A stretch of DNA of 64,000 nucleotides from an uncultured Eubacteriaceae bacterium (GCA_964533615.1 CAZHMK010000007.1:73653-137652), one strand, 5' to 3'; counted from the first letter of the stretch, positions 40,539-50,601 are shown. Numbers and translations are program-made. The notes: generated by a model from the sequence alone, not told the origin.

Positions 40539-42392
40539 ATGATGAATGATACACAAGAAAAACAAAGATTATTTGATATTTATGAAATAATTAAAAATGA
40601 AAAATTAGTAGTTCATTTTCAAACAATTGTATCCTTAAGCAGAAAGAAAATAATAGGTTTAGAGGGATTAATCAGGGGAATCGGGGACGGTGAACATATT
40701 TTGCCGGTAAATTTATTTGAGGCCGCATATTATGAAAAAGCAATACTTGAATTAGATCGAATTTGCAGAGATAAAGTATTAGAAGCATATAGTAAACTGT
40801 ATAGTCAAGATAAAAATATGATATTATTTTTAAATTTGGATGCCTCAATATTGGATGAAGTCGCAGGATCAAATTATTTAATCAGTCAAGTGAAATTGTA
40901 TAATTTAAACCCAAGAAATATTGTTATTGAGATCAATGAATCAAAAGTTAAAGATGATAGAGCATTAAAATTATTTTGTGACACATATCGTAAAATGGGT
41001 TTTATGATTGCACTAGATGATGTAGGCACCGGTTCTTCTAATATGGACAGGATTTTACTTGTAAAACCAGACATAATAAAAATTGATATATCTTTGAGCA
41101 ATAATATACAAAATGACTATTATAAGCAAGGAATTATAAGTTCTCTTATTAATTTATCAAATATGATTGGAGCACTTGTAGTTGCAGAAGGGATAGAGAA
41201 TAAAGATGAAGCGATAGAAATATTAAAACTGGGCGGACATATGATGCAAGGTTTTTTCTTTTCTAAACCTCAAGAAATAACTAATGTTAATAATATAATA
41301 GAATACAATCAAATTCAAGGGTTAAATGATGCTTTTCATCAACATATGAAGACATTAATTGATGAAGAAAAAAAGAAAAATAAAAAATTAAATAAAATTG
41401 TTGATTATTGTATCAATGAGCTTGCAAGTGTTACTCATAACGAATTTGATAATAAACTTCTACAAATAACATGGGCACATAAAAATATAGAATGTGTTTA
41501 TATATTAAATTCAAGCGGAATGCAAATCAGCAATACAATACGTTATTGTAATGAGAATGGTGTAAAAAATAATTTATTTTTTTATTCTGCCAGAGTTGGA
41601 ACAGATCATACCATGGATAAATATTATTATTTACTTAGAAAAGCTAATCTGAATAAATATGTTACGGAACCGTATGTATCAATGGCTACTGGTAATCTTT
41701 GTATCACAATTTCAAAAGTATTTAAAAACAAAGAGAATCTGAAATTTATTTTATGTGTAGATTTCAATACAACAGACTATGCTTTGGATTTGGAGCCATC
41801 GAATGAAATTAATCTATCTAATTTAACATTTAATATTAATGGAAAAACAATTACTGAACTTAACAGAATGATTCATACAATGAATGAAGAAATCATAAAA
41901 GATAGCTTGACAAATACATATAATCGACGATATATGGAAGAGCGACTTCTTGTTGAAGTATTTAATGCGTCAAATTCGAAACAACCTATTTCTGTTATTT
42001 TAGCTGATATTGATTATTTTAAGAAAGTTAATGATACTTATGGACATATTGCAGGAGATCATGTTTTAAAAGAATTTGCTAAAATTGCAAAGTTAAATAT
42101 AAGAAAAACGACTGATTGGATAGCAAGATACGGAGGTGAAGAGTTTTTAATTGTGCTTTTAAATGCTAATGAGAATGTGGCTTATAAAGTTGCTGAAAAA
42201 ATCAGATATTCTTTAGAAAATGAATGTATAGAATTTCATGGTATGATGATTCAAATAACTGCTAGTTTTGGGACATATACGCTAAACAATGATAAAATAA
42301 TGACCTATGAAACATTAATTGATTTAGCAGACAAGAACCTTTACACAGCTAAGAATAATGGACGCAATGTAGTTATTCCTAACAAAAAATGA
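40539..42392 (+). CDS. c-di-GMP turnover protein with reversed domain order: N-terminal EAL, central Cache/PDC-like sensor, C-terminal GGDEF
   Basis: EAL-domain motifs (LEGLIRG, VIEINES, LDDVGTG, KIDISL, VAEGIEN, QGFFFSKP). A Cache-like middle region (VYILNSSGMQIS...EPYVSMATGNLCITISKVF). GGDEF active site RYGGEEF. Confidence 0.85.
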   Translation: MMNDTQEKQRLFDIYEIIKNEKLVVHFQTIVSLSRKKIIGLEGLIRGIGDGEHILPVNLFEAAYYEKAILELDRICRDKVLEAYSKLYSQDKNMILFLNLDASILDEVAGSNYLISQVKLYNLNPRNIVIEINESKVKDDRALKLFCDTYRKMGFMIALDDVGTGSSNMDRILLVKPDIIKIDISLSNNIQNDYYKQGIISSLINLSNMIGALVVAEGIENKDEAIEILKLGGHMMQGFFFSKPQEITNVNNIIEYNQIQGLNDAFHQHMKTLIDEEKKKNKKLNKIVDYCINELASVTHNEFDNKLLQITWAHKNIECVYILNSSGMQISNTIRYCNENGVKNNLFFYSARVGTDHTMDKYYYLLRKANLNKYVTEPYVSMATGNLCITISKVFKNKENLKFILCVDFNTTDYALDLEPSNEINLSNLTFNINGKTITELNRMIHTMNEEIIKDSLTNTYNRRYMEERLLVEVFNASNSKQPISVILADIDYFKKVNDTYGHIAGDHVLKEFAKIAKLNIRKTTDWIARYGGEEFLIVLLNANENVAYKVAEKIRYSLENECIEFHGMMIQITASFGTYTLNNDKIMTYETLIDLADKNLYTAKNNGRNVVIPNKK

Positions 42393-42552
42393 TAAAAATA
42401 CAATTATATTTTATATAATTTTGTTTAAATAATTCAAAAATGCAGAGTAATCTTAACAAAATCTTAATAAAAATCTTCATTTACACTTTTCATTTTAATT
42501 TTGCTGTTGTACAATATAAACTATTAAAATATAAAACAATAGGAAATATATA

Positions 42553-43744
42553 GTGACTGAATTTACAAAAAAAACAATTAATTTATTACAAGAATTTTCA
42601 GTGCCATTAATAACCGGAGTCATTTTAGCTTTGATTTGGGCAAATATATCCCCTGAAACGTATATACATATTATAGATAATAAAATAGTGGGTAATTTCA
42701 CTTTACACTTCTTAGTAAACGAAATATTTATGGCATTTTTTTTTTGCAATAGCAACCGTAGAAATTATTCAAAGCATTTTACCGGGCGGAGATTTACATC
42801 CGCTTAAGAAAGTAATCAATCCAATTTTTTCTACATTTGGTGGGGTTATCGGTCCTGTAGTTGTGTATCTTGTACTAAATCATTTTATTGGCAACAGTGA
42901 ATTTATAAACGGGTGGGGTATTCCTACGGCAACAGATATAGCTTTGGCTTGGATAGTAGCTAAATTGATTTTTGGACCAAATCATCCTGCGGTCTCTTTT
43001 TTACTTTTGATAGCTATTATTGATGATGGCATTGGACTGATCATTATAGCTATTTTTTATCCGGATCCATCTAATCCTGTTTTTCCTGCTTGGCTGTTGC
43101 TGACAGCTGCAGGAATGCTTTTGGCATATATACTCAATAAAATGAATATTAAGAGTTACTGGCCGTATATTGTTTTATCAGGCACTTTAAGCTGGCTTGG
43201 CTTATATTTAGCGCATATTCATGCAGCATTGGCTCTCGTTTTTATAATGCCGTTTTTACCCAGAAAACAAAAAGAAACAGCTGGTTTATTTGAGGCAACA
43301 CCGACCGCAAAATCTACATTAGAAAATTTTGAACATGAGTTTAAAATATTTGTTGATTTTGGATTATTAATTTTTGGATTGACAAATGCCGGAGTAGAAT
43401 TCTCAAATATTAATCAAGTTACATGGTTGGTGTTTTTTGCTTTAATAATTGGTAAAACAGGTGGAATATATATGACGAGTTTTATATCCACATTATTTGG
43501 CTTTTCATTGCCAAAAGGTATGAATAAAAAAGATCTACTTATTGCTGGAATTATTTCATCACTGGGGCTAACTGTGGCGCTGTTTCTTGCCGGTACTGCA
43601 TTTGAAAATGCAGACCTGCAGGGAGCGGCTAAAATGGGAGCGTTATTTAGCAGCAGTGCTGCACTTATAGCTTATATTGTATCGAAATTACTTAAAATTA
43701 GAAAAGCATGTATAGTTGAACTTAAAGTACAACAAAATAAGTAA
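42553..43744 (+). pseudogene. nhaA: Na+/H+ antiporter NhaA, interrupted by a +1 frameshift in a T10 run (42736-42745)
   Basis: ORFs 42553..42807 and 42863..43744 are colinear NhaA halves. Removing one T gives continuous ...EIFMAFFFAIATVEIIQSILPGGDLHPLKKVINPIFSTFGGVIGPVVVYLVLNH... Confidence 0.8.
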
Positions 43745-44373
43745 AACTTATAAAAATATATTTATTTTATATTATCTTTCTTCCGAATTTTTTATAAAAG
43801 AAATAAAGTAAATTTTTTTCTAATATAAATTTAGTAATCCAAAATAATGGCAAAAAAGAAAAAACAAATTGAAAATTTGAAAATAAGAAAAAGGTATGGG
43901 CAGGTCGATCATAATTGGCCATTGCTCATGCTTTCGATTTTCTTATGAAATAAAATTGAAATACAAACAATGCTAGTTTATAAAATGTAGAAACGATCAT
44001 TAAGAACGACCAATTAGTAAGTAAAAATACATACACTAAAAATATAAAGATAATGAAAAAACTGTGGTTGGCAGGACTAATTGGCATAAAATATATTTTT
44101 TTTGCCAATTAGAGTAACCGCTAAATGAGCAATCGTGTTTTCATCAAATTCACTAAGCATGACATGACAGATGTGAAGAATAAATCAGAGTATAGACTTA
44201 AAAATAGATTAAATTAGAATAACAAATAAAAAAATGATTCAAAATAATGTGATTAAATTACTGAAGCTGAATATAAATTGCTGATAATATTAAAAAATAG
44301 TTTGAATAACAAAATCAAACAAATCTATATAAATATTTAGACCTGTAAAAAGTAAAATTAGGAGGGAATACGA

Positions 44374-44622
44374 ATGAGTAAAATTTTTAATTTTTCAAAA
44401 AATAAATCAAAATTTAATAATATTAAATTAGCTGAAGATAAAACGCTTATTGTAAATAAATCGCGTTGTCCTCAAAATCATCCCTGTCCGTCAGTGAAGG
44501 TTTGCCCTGTAGGTGCATTATCACAAAAAGGATTTAATGCGCCGATTGTGGATATGAGTAAGTGTATTCAATGCGGGAAATGCGTAAAATTTTGTCCTAT
44601 GAGGGCACTGTCTTTAGAGTAA
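44374..44622 (+). CDS. Small 4Fe-4S ferredoxin-like protein
   Basis: CIQCGKCVKFCP plus a second, atypical Cys-Pro-rich motif (CPQNHPCPSVKVCP). AGGAGGG RBS. Confidence 0.7.
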   Translation: MSKIFNFSKNKSKFNNIKLAEDKTLIVNKSRCPQNHPCPSVKVCPVGALSQKGFNAPIVDMSKCIQCGKCVKFCPMRALSLE

Positions 44623-44652
44623 ATATAGTTATTTTAATAGACCTTAATAGTT

Positions 44653-44686
44653 AAAAGATATTAATTTATTAATATCTTTTTCTTTT
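44653..44686 (+). terminator. AT-rich terminator hairpin
   Basis: AAAAGATATTAA-ttta-TTAATATCTTTT, followed by a T-run. Confidence 0.5.
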
Positions 44687-44726
44687 AATAATGATATACT
44701 AATAAAAAAGCAATTGAGAGGATATC

Positions 44727-45416
44727 ATGATAAAAGAAGAAAATAAAAAGTTTATTATTCAAACATTTAGTTTTTGGGATAAATTAAACAAAAGTCAGCA
44801 AGAGCTAATTATAAACAATGCCAGCTTGGTGAGATATAGTAAAGGTGAAAATATACATAGCGGAGAAAGTAATTGTATCGGTATTATAATAATTATTAAA
44901 GGTGCCTTTAGAACGTATATACTTTCGGAAGACGGAAGGGAAATCACACTATACAGACTTTTTGAAAATGAGGCCTGTGTTTTATCTGCATCTTGTGTTT
45001 TAGAAAATATAACTTTTGATGTATTTATTGATGCCGTATACGATAGTGAAGTATTATTGATTAATTCCGCAATTTTTAAGCAATTATGTGATGAAAATGT
45101 ATATGTGCAAAATTTTTCATATCAAATTACGGTTGAAAGATTTTCGGACGTTATGTGGGCTATGCAGCAGATACTTTTTATGAGTTTCGATCAGCGTCTG
45201 GCTATTTTTTTATTAGATGAAATGAACAGAAATTCTTCGGATATGGTCAATCTGACACACGAACAAATCGCTAGCTTTGTAGGCTCGGCCAGAGAAGTAG
45301 TATCAAGAATGTTGAAGTATTTTGAAAATGAAGGATTGATAAAATTATATCGGGGGAAGATAAAAATTCTTGATAAAAAAAGACTGTCTGATTTAATCGG
45401 TAATAATATTGATTAA
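44727..45416 (+). CDS. Crp/Fnr-family transcriptional regulator
   Basis: cNMP-binding-like beta-roll plus a C-terminal HTH (SAREVVSRMLKYFENEGLI). Confidence 0.85.
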   Translation: MIKEENKKFIIQTFSFWDKLNKSQQELIINNASLVRYSKGENIHSGESNCIGIIIIIKGAFRTYILSEDGREITLYRLFENEACVLSASCVLENITFDVFIDAVYDSEVLLINSAIFKQLCDENVYVQNFSYQITVERFSDVMWAMQQILFMSFDQRLAIFLLDEMNRNSSDMVNLTHEQIASFVGSAREVVSRMLKYFENEGLIKLYRGKIKILDKKRLSDLIGNNID

Positions 45417-45578
45417 TTAAATTATATATAAGTATTATAATATTTGAAATTATGACAGTAGTTTGTTATAATATTAACAAATAATAAAATTTTAGAACAT
45501 AAAATGTTCTGAGAATAGTATTAATTTTTAATACCTGGGCAGAGTATTCTTCTTTGAACATAGAGAGAAGTGAGGTTT

Positions 45579-46457
45579 ATGGTAAAATTTTGTATTGCTA
45601 CAGATTCCGGATGTGATATTCCGGCTGAGTATTGTCGAGAACGTAAAATTTATGCATATTGTATGCCGTATACAATTGACGAAGTTGAATATTTTGATTA
45701 TATGGAGCCCGGAAATATTAAGCAGTTCTATGATCAAATGAGACAAGGAGAACTCCCGGCTACGAGTCAGATGACTCCTTATGAATTTATAGAATTTTGG
45801 ACTCGAATTTACAATGAAAATAATCTTCCAATTGTGCATATTGCTATGGGAAGCGCTATATCGGGCACTTATGCTAATGCAAAGATTGCTAAAGAAATTT
45901 TTTTAAAGTCTAACCCTCAAGCTGAAGTCTATATTATAGACTCAACACTTGCATCTATTGGATATGGCATGTTATGTATTTGGGCTGCAGATATACGTGA
46001 TATGGGGAAGTCACAACAAGAGTGTATAGAATATTTAGAAAATAAAAAACCGTATATTAATACGTATTATACTACTGATGATTTAAAATATCTTTATCAT
46101 AGCGGAAGGGTGCATAAATCAAAGGCAATCATAGCAACAACGTTCAGCATTAATCCGTTATTAAATTTAGATAAAGAAGGACATTTAATTGTAAGAGAAA
46201 AAATAAGAGGAAGAAAAAGAGCATTAAATCGTATTTGTGAAATAATTAATAAACGTGTTACAGACCCAGAGAATCAGATAGTTTATATTTGTCATTCAGA
46301 CTGCCCGGATAAAGAAGTGAGAACATTTTCTGATACTTTAATTAATAAATATAAATTTAAAAATTCTTTTATTAGTTATATAGGGCCAACAATTGGCTGT
46401 CATTCAGGTCCCGGACTCATTGCAGCGTTTTTTTTAGGACAAGTAAGATTTATGTAA
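45579..46457 (+). CDS. DegV-family fatty-acid-binding protein
   Basis: IATDSGCDIP N-terminus and IGCHSGPG C-terminal motif. The ATG at 45579 is preferred. Confidence 0.85.
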   Translation: MVKFCIATDSGCDIPAEYCRERKIYAYCMPYTIDEVEYFDYMEPGNIKQFYDQMRQGELPATSQMTPYEFIEFWTRIYNENNLPIVHIAMGSAISGTYANAKIAKEIFLKSNPQAEVYIIDSTLASIGYGMLCIWAADIRDMGKSQQECIEYLENKKPYINTYYTTDDLKYLYHSGRVHKSKAIIATTFSINPLLNLDKEGHLIVREKIRGRKRALNRICEIINKRVTDPENQIVYICHSDCPDKEVRTFSDTLINKYKFKNSFISYIGPTIGCHSGPGLIAAFFLGQVRFM

Positions 46458-46459
46458 AA

Positions 46460-46492
46460 TAAAAATAAGGGATATGACATCCCTTATTTTTA
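46460..46492. terminator. Bidirectional terminator (degV / trxA)
   Basis: AATAAGGG-atatgacat-CCCTTATT, flanked by A and T runs. Confidence 0.75.
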
Positions 46493-46798
46493 TTTAATCA
46501 AAGAAAGAATTGCTGACTTTGACTGAACACCAATGGCAGAGTTTGCAATTTCCCCGTTTTTAAAAACTAAAAGAGTTGGTATACTCATAATATTATATTT
46601 CGAAGAAAGCTCAGGTTGCTCATCTACATTTACTTTACCTATTTTGGCATCGGTAGTTTCTTCTGCGACTTCTTCCACAATAGGAGAGAGCATTCTACAT
46701 GGTCCGCACCATGATGCCCAAAAATCAAGCAATACAGGTTTATTTGCATTCAAAACCTCAGATTCAAAATTTTCTTTTGTTATTGTAATTACACTCAT
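46490..46798 (-). CDS. trxA: Thioredoxin
   Basis: WCGPC active site; 102 aa. Confidence 0.9.
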   Translation of the reverse strand: MSVITITKENFESEVLNANKPVLLDFWASWCGPCRMLSPIVEEVAEETTDAKIGKVNVDEQPELSSKYNIMSIPTLLVFKNGEIANSAIGVQSKSAILSLIK

Positions 46799-46916
46799 TG
46801 TTATGCTCCTTTTTCTATATTATTCTTTTTTAATAAAATCTAATTTTGTGGTTATTATAAAGAAATAAATAAATATATTCTGTAACTAAATCACATAGAT
46901 GGTAATTAATAATCAA

Positions 46917-46946
46917 ACAAGACATGTGTCTTGATACATGTCTTGT
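46917..46946. promoter_or_regulatory. Perfect 11-bp inverted repeat ACAAGACATGT-N8-ACATGTCTTGT upstream of nadA (NiaR-type operator candidate)
   Basis: The dyad lies 52 nt upstream of the nadA ATG. Its core ACATGTGTCTTGATACATGT resembles, from memory, the TGTCTTGA-containing NiaR/YrxA boxes. Confidence 0.45.
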
Positions 46947-46997
46947 TATATGTTATATTAATATTTAATTACAAAATGAAAGAAGGAAGCAACACAA

Positions 46998-47912
46998 ATG
47001 CAGAATACAAAAAATAGAATAGAAAAATTAAAAAAGGAAAGAGATGCTGTTATTTTAGCGCATTATTATGTACCGAAAGATGTTCAGGAAATCGCTGATT
47101 ATGTTGGCGATTCGTATTATCTAAGTAAAATTGCTACACGAATAACACAAAAAGTGATTGTTTTTTGCGGAGTTTATTTCATGGGTGAGAGTGCAAAAAT
47201 TTTAAATCCAGATAAAGTTGTTTTAATGGTTGATCCTATGGCAGATTGCCCGATGGCACATATGGCAGATATTATGGAAATTAAAAAAATACGCAGAGAA
47301 ATAGAAGATGTCGCTGTGGTGTGTTATATTAATTCGACAGCTGAAATAAAAGCAAATTCTGATGTGTGTGTAACTTCTTCAAATGCTTATAAAGTAATTA
47401 AAAAGTTACCAAATAAAAATATATATTTTATTCCGGATGCAAATTTGGGTCGCCATATTTCCAAGCTAATCCCGGAAAAAAATTTCATTTTTAATCAAGG
47501 ATATTGCCATGTGCATACTAAAATAACAGTAAATGATGTACTGGATAAAAAACACAAATATCCCTTGGCTAAAGTTGCAGCGCATCCCGAATGCATACAA
47601 GAAGTTTTGCAGCTTGCTGATTACGTTGGAAGCACATCCGGCATTATTGACTATGTTGAAAAATCAGATGCTTTAGATTTTATTATATGTACGGAAACAG
47701 GTGTATTTTATGATTTAGAAAAAAAGATAAAAGATAAGAATTTACATCCTGCAATAGATGAGCAAATTTGTCCTGATATGAAAAAAAACACTTTGCAAAA
47801 ACTTCTTTATACGTTGGAGAACCTTGATAATGAAGTTAAAGTAGATGAACTAATGTTAAATAATGCGCTTAAACCATTGGATAAAATGTTGAAATTGGCA
47901 TCGGAGAAATGA
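46998..47912 (+). CDS. nadA: Quinolinate synthase
   Basis: 304 aa with typical NadA N-terminal and Cys-containing motifs. First gene of a nadABC cluster. Confidence 0.9.
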   Translation: MQNTKNRIEKLKKERDAVILAHYYVPKDVQEIADYVGDSYYLSKIATRITQKVIVFCGVYFMGESAKILNPDKVVLMVDPMADCPMAHMADIMEIKKIRREIEDVAVVCYINSTAEIKANSDVCVTSSNAYKVIKKLPNKNIYFIPDANLGRHISKLIPEKNFIFNQGYCHVHTKITVNDVLDKKHKYPLAKVAAHPECIQEVLQLADYVGSTSGIIDYVEKSDALDFIICTETGVFYDLEKKIKDKNLHPAIDEQICPDMKKNTLQKLLYTLENLDNEVKVDELMLNNALKPLDKMLKLASEK

Positions 47913-49192
47913 AGATGAATAGTTATGATGTTATTATCATTGGAACCGGAATTTCCGGAGTATTTACTGCTATAAATCTTGGAAGTGAAAAAAACATTTT
48001 AATTATTACAAAAAACAGTATAGATCAAAGTGATTCATATCTGGCACAGGGTGGTATCAGTGTACAGCTTGATGATGGAGACTATGATGATTTTATGGAA
48101 GATACCTTGCGTGCCGGGCACTATGAGAACAATAAAAGCGCTGTTGATATTATGATACGATTTTCAAGAGAAATCATACAAGATCTTATAAATCTCGGAG
48201 TGGATTTTGATAGGAAAGATTCTGGTTTTTCATATACTAAGGAAGGAGCACATTCAAAAGCCAGAATATTACATTTTAAGGATTTTACAGGGGAAGAAAT
48301 AAACAGCAAGTTAATTCAAAAAGTGAAACAAATGAAAAATGTAACTATATTAGAGGAGAACGCCGTAATAGATATACTTGCTAAAAATAATACATGCTAT
48401 GGAGTAGTTGCAAGAAATAAAAATAATATAACAACAAATTATTATTCTCAAGTTACGGTTTTTGCGACAGGTGGGATAGGGGGGTTATTTGAAAGATCTA
48501 CAAATTATACGCATTTAACTGGAGATGCTATCGCGATTGCACTGAAAAACGACGTTAAAGTGCAGGATATAAGTTATATACAAGTACATCCTACATCTTT
48601 ATATACACCCCATTCGGGAAGAGCTTTTCTGATTTCAGAATCAGTGCGCGGAGAAGGCGCGGTACTTATCGATAAAAATGGGAATAGATTTACAGATGAG
48701 CTTCAACCACGTGATATTGTTACAAAGAAAATATATGAACAGATGAAAGAAGACAATATGCCATACGTGCGACTGTGTCTGTACGGATATATTAAAACAA
48801 ATATTGCCAAAAGATTTCCTAAAATTTACGAGCAATGCTTAAAAGAAGGGTATGATATAACAAAAGAATGTGTGCCCGTGGTTCCGGCACAGCATTATTT
48901 TATGGGAGGAATAAAAGTAGATTTACAAAGTAACACTTCAATGAAGAATCTTTATGCTGTAGGAGAAACTAGCTGTAATGGGGTGCATGGCAAAAACCGT
49001 TTAGCAAGTAATTCTCTTTTGGAAAGTTTAGTTTTTAGTAAAAGAGCGGCTCAAGATATTACATATCATTGGCATGTAAATAAATTACCTGTTTTTTCGG
49101 TGCCAAGCTATCCTTCGAATGAAGCTTTAATGCCTAAAAACAAAGAAATGATATTAAAAGAGATCGAGAAGGAAGAAAAATATGCAAAATAA
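47909..49192 (+). CDS. nadB: L-aspartate oxidase
   Basis: DVIIIGTGISG FAD fold and a succinate-dehydrogenase-like flavoprotein core. ATGA overlap with nadA. Confidence 0.9.
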   Translation: MKMNSYDVIIIGTGISGVFTAINLGSEKNILIITKNSIDQSDSYLAQGGISVQLDDGDYDDFMEDTLRAGHYENNKSAVDIMIRFSREIIQDLINLGVDFDRKDSGFSYTKEGAHSKARILHFKDFTGEEINSKLIQKVKQMKNVTILEENAVIDILAKNNTCYGVVARNKNNITTNYYSQVTVFATGGIGGLFERSTNYTHLTGDAIAIALKNDVKVQDISYIQVHPTSLYTPHSGRAFLISESVRGEGAVLIDKNGNRFTDELQPRDIVTKKIYEQMKEDNMPYVRLCLYGYIKTNIAKRFPKIYEQCLKEGYDITKECVPVVPAQHYFMGGIKVDLQSNTSMKNLYAVGETSCNGVHGKNRLASNSLLESLVFSKRAAQDITYHWHVNKLPVFSVPSYPSNEALMPKNKEMILKEIEKEEKYAK

Positions 49193-50024
49193 TATAGACC
49201 AGCTTATTTTAATGGCTTTAAAAGAAGATATCCCGCATGAGGATATTACCACAAATTCAATCATAAAATCATCTTATAGAAAAGCAAAAGCGCAGCTTAT
49301 TTGTAAACAAGACGGTATCGTAGCGGGTCTGATAATTTTTAAAAGGGTATTTGTTCTTTTTGATAAAACAATTGAAACAAAGATTTTTTATCAAGATGGA
49401 GATCATGTAAAAAAGGGAGAGGTAATCGCGCAAATAGAAGGCAGTATCAAAAGTATTCTTTCCGCAGAACGAACAGCATTAAATTATTTACAAAGAATGA
49501 GCGGTATAGCAACACATACAAAAAAAATCGCTGATTTACTAGCCGGTAGCAGTATACGTTTGCTTGATACGAGAAAAACCACACCCAATAATCGTATATT
49601 TGAGAAATATGCTGTAAAAGTAGGTGGGGGATATAATCACCGATTTAGCCTTTCAGACGGCATTATGCTCAAAGATAATCATATTGCAGCTGCCGGAGGC
49701 ATAAAACAAGCAGTAGAAATGGTAAGAGAATATGCTCCTTTTGTTTGCAAAATTGAAGTTGAGGTAGAAAATTTTGATATGATTGACGAGGCACTTGATG
49801 CAAATGTTGATATAATCATGCTGGACAATATGAACCTTGAAGACATAAAAGAAGCTGTAAAAATAATTAATAAAAGAGCCTTAATTGAATGTTCCGGAAA
49901 TATTACAATAGAGAAAGTAAATGCATTGAAAAATATTGAAATAGATTATATTTCTTCGGGCGCACTTACACATTCTTCTCCAATCCTTGATTTCTCTTTA
50001 AAGAATGTGGAGATTATATCGTAA
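49182..50024 (+). CDS. nadC: Nicotinate-nucleotide diphosphorylase (carboxylating)
   Basis: QPRTase pattern (LDTRKTTP, IMLDNM). Overlaps nadB by 11 nt. Confidence 0.9.
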   Translation: MQNNIDQLILMALKEDIPHEDITTNSIIKSSYRKAKAQLICKQDGIVAGLIIFKRVFVLFDKTIETKIFYQDGDHVKKGEVIAQIEGSIKSILSAERTALNYLQRMSGIATHTKKIADLLAGSSIRLLDTRKTTPNNRIFEKYAVKVGGGYNHRFSLSDGIMLKDNHIAAAGGIKQAVEMVREYAPFVCKIEVEVENFDMIDEALDANVDIIMLDNMNLEDIKEAVKIINKRALIECSGNITIEKVNALKNIEIDYISSGALTHSSPILDFSLKNVEIIS

Positions 50025-50064
50025 AATTGAGCAGAGCTGAAATAATTACAGGAAGTTCATTGAT

Positions 50065-50511
50065 TCAAAATCCTGTAGCTATTCTTTGAATAAATGCAAG
50101 TACAGCCATTATTAAAAATAATATGATCGATATAATTGTATGAAATTTTCCTGCATTTGCGGCTATACCGATCATCCCGCCGCTTGCGGCAAAAAAGATT
50201 GTGACATATGTAATTAAAAGCCAGCGTATTTGACGAAAATCAATATTTAATAAGTAATCTAGTAACAATTCCATGATCAGCCAGCACAACATCAGAGTAA
50301 TTTGGATATAGTATATAATTGGTCGGTTGAGTTCGGGTGCTTTGATCAACAAATAAACCAGTGGAATCGCAAGAAAAAATTCGAATATTCCAATCCAATG
50401 TCCTATTTGTTGTTTCCCGGTTAGTCTTGATGTAAAAATGAATATAGCGGATATGTAAAATATAATTGTAACTATTGCTCCAATGAAGTTTGTTTTTTGG
50501 AGTAGTTGCAT
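50065..50511 (-). CDS. Small integral membrane protein, unknown function
   Basis: 4-5 predicted TM helices. The internal ATG at 50511 is preceded by GAGGAG. Confidence 0.5.
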   Translation of the reverse strand: MQLLQKTNFIGAIVTIIFYISAIFIFTSRLTGKQQIGHWIGIFEFFLAIPLVYLLIKAPELNRPIIYYIQITLMLCWLIMELLLDYLLNIDFRQIRWLLITYVTIFFAASGGMIGIAANAGKFHTIISIILFLIMAVLAFIQRIATGF

Positions 50512-50601
50512 AATTTTGTTCTCCTCATGTATCAATTAATTTAAAGCATGTCTATAATTAATTACTATGATTCTTTATTAAAATAATATCATAAAAAAAT
50601 G

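Noticed and set aside
43926-44160. Possible small membrane-protein gene on the minus strand. It is restorable by removing one A from an A8 run (about 44090-44097), which joins MLSEFDENTIAHLAVTLIGKK to the listed 60-aa ORF.
   Set aside because: I found no convincing RBS, and the sequence has no recognisable family. The reconstruction relies on an assumed indel. It is worth noting only as a second long-homopolymer +1 pattern like nhaA.
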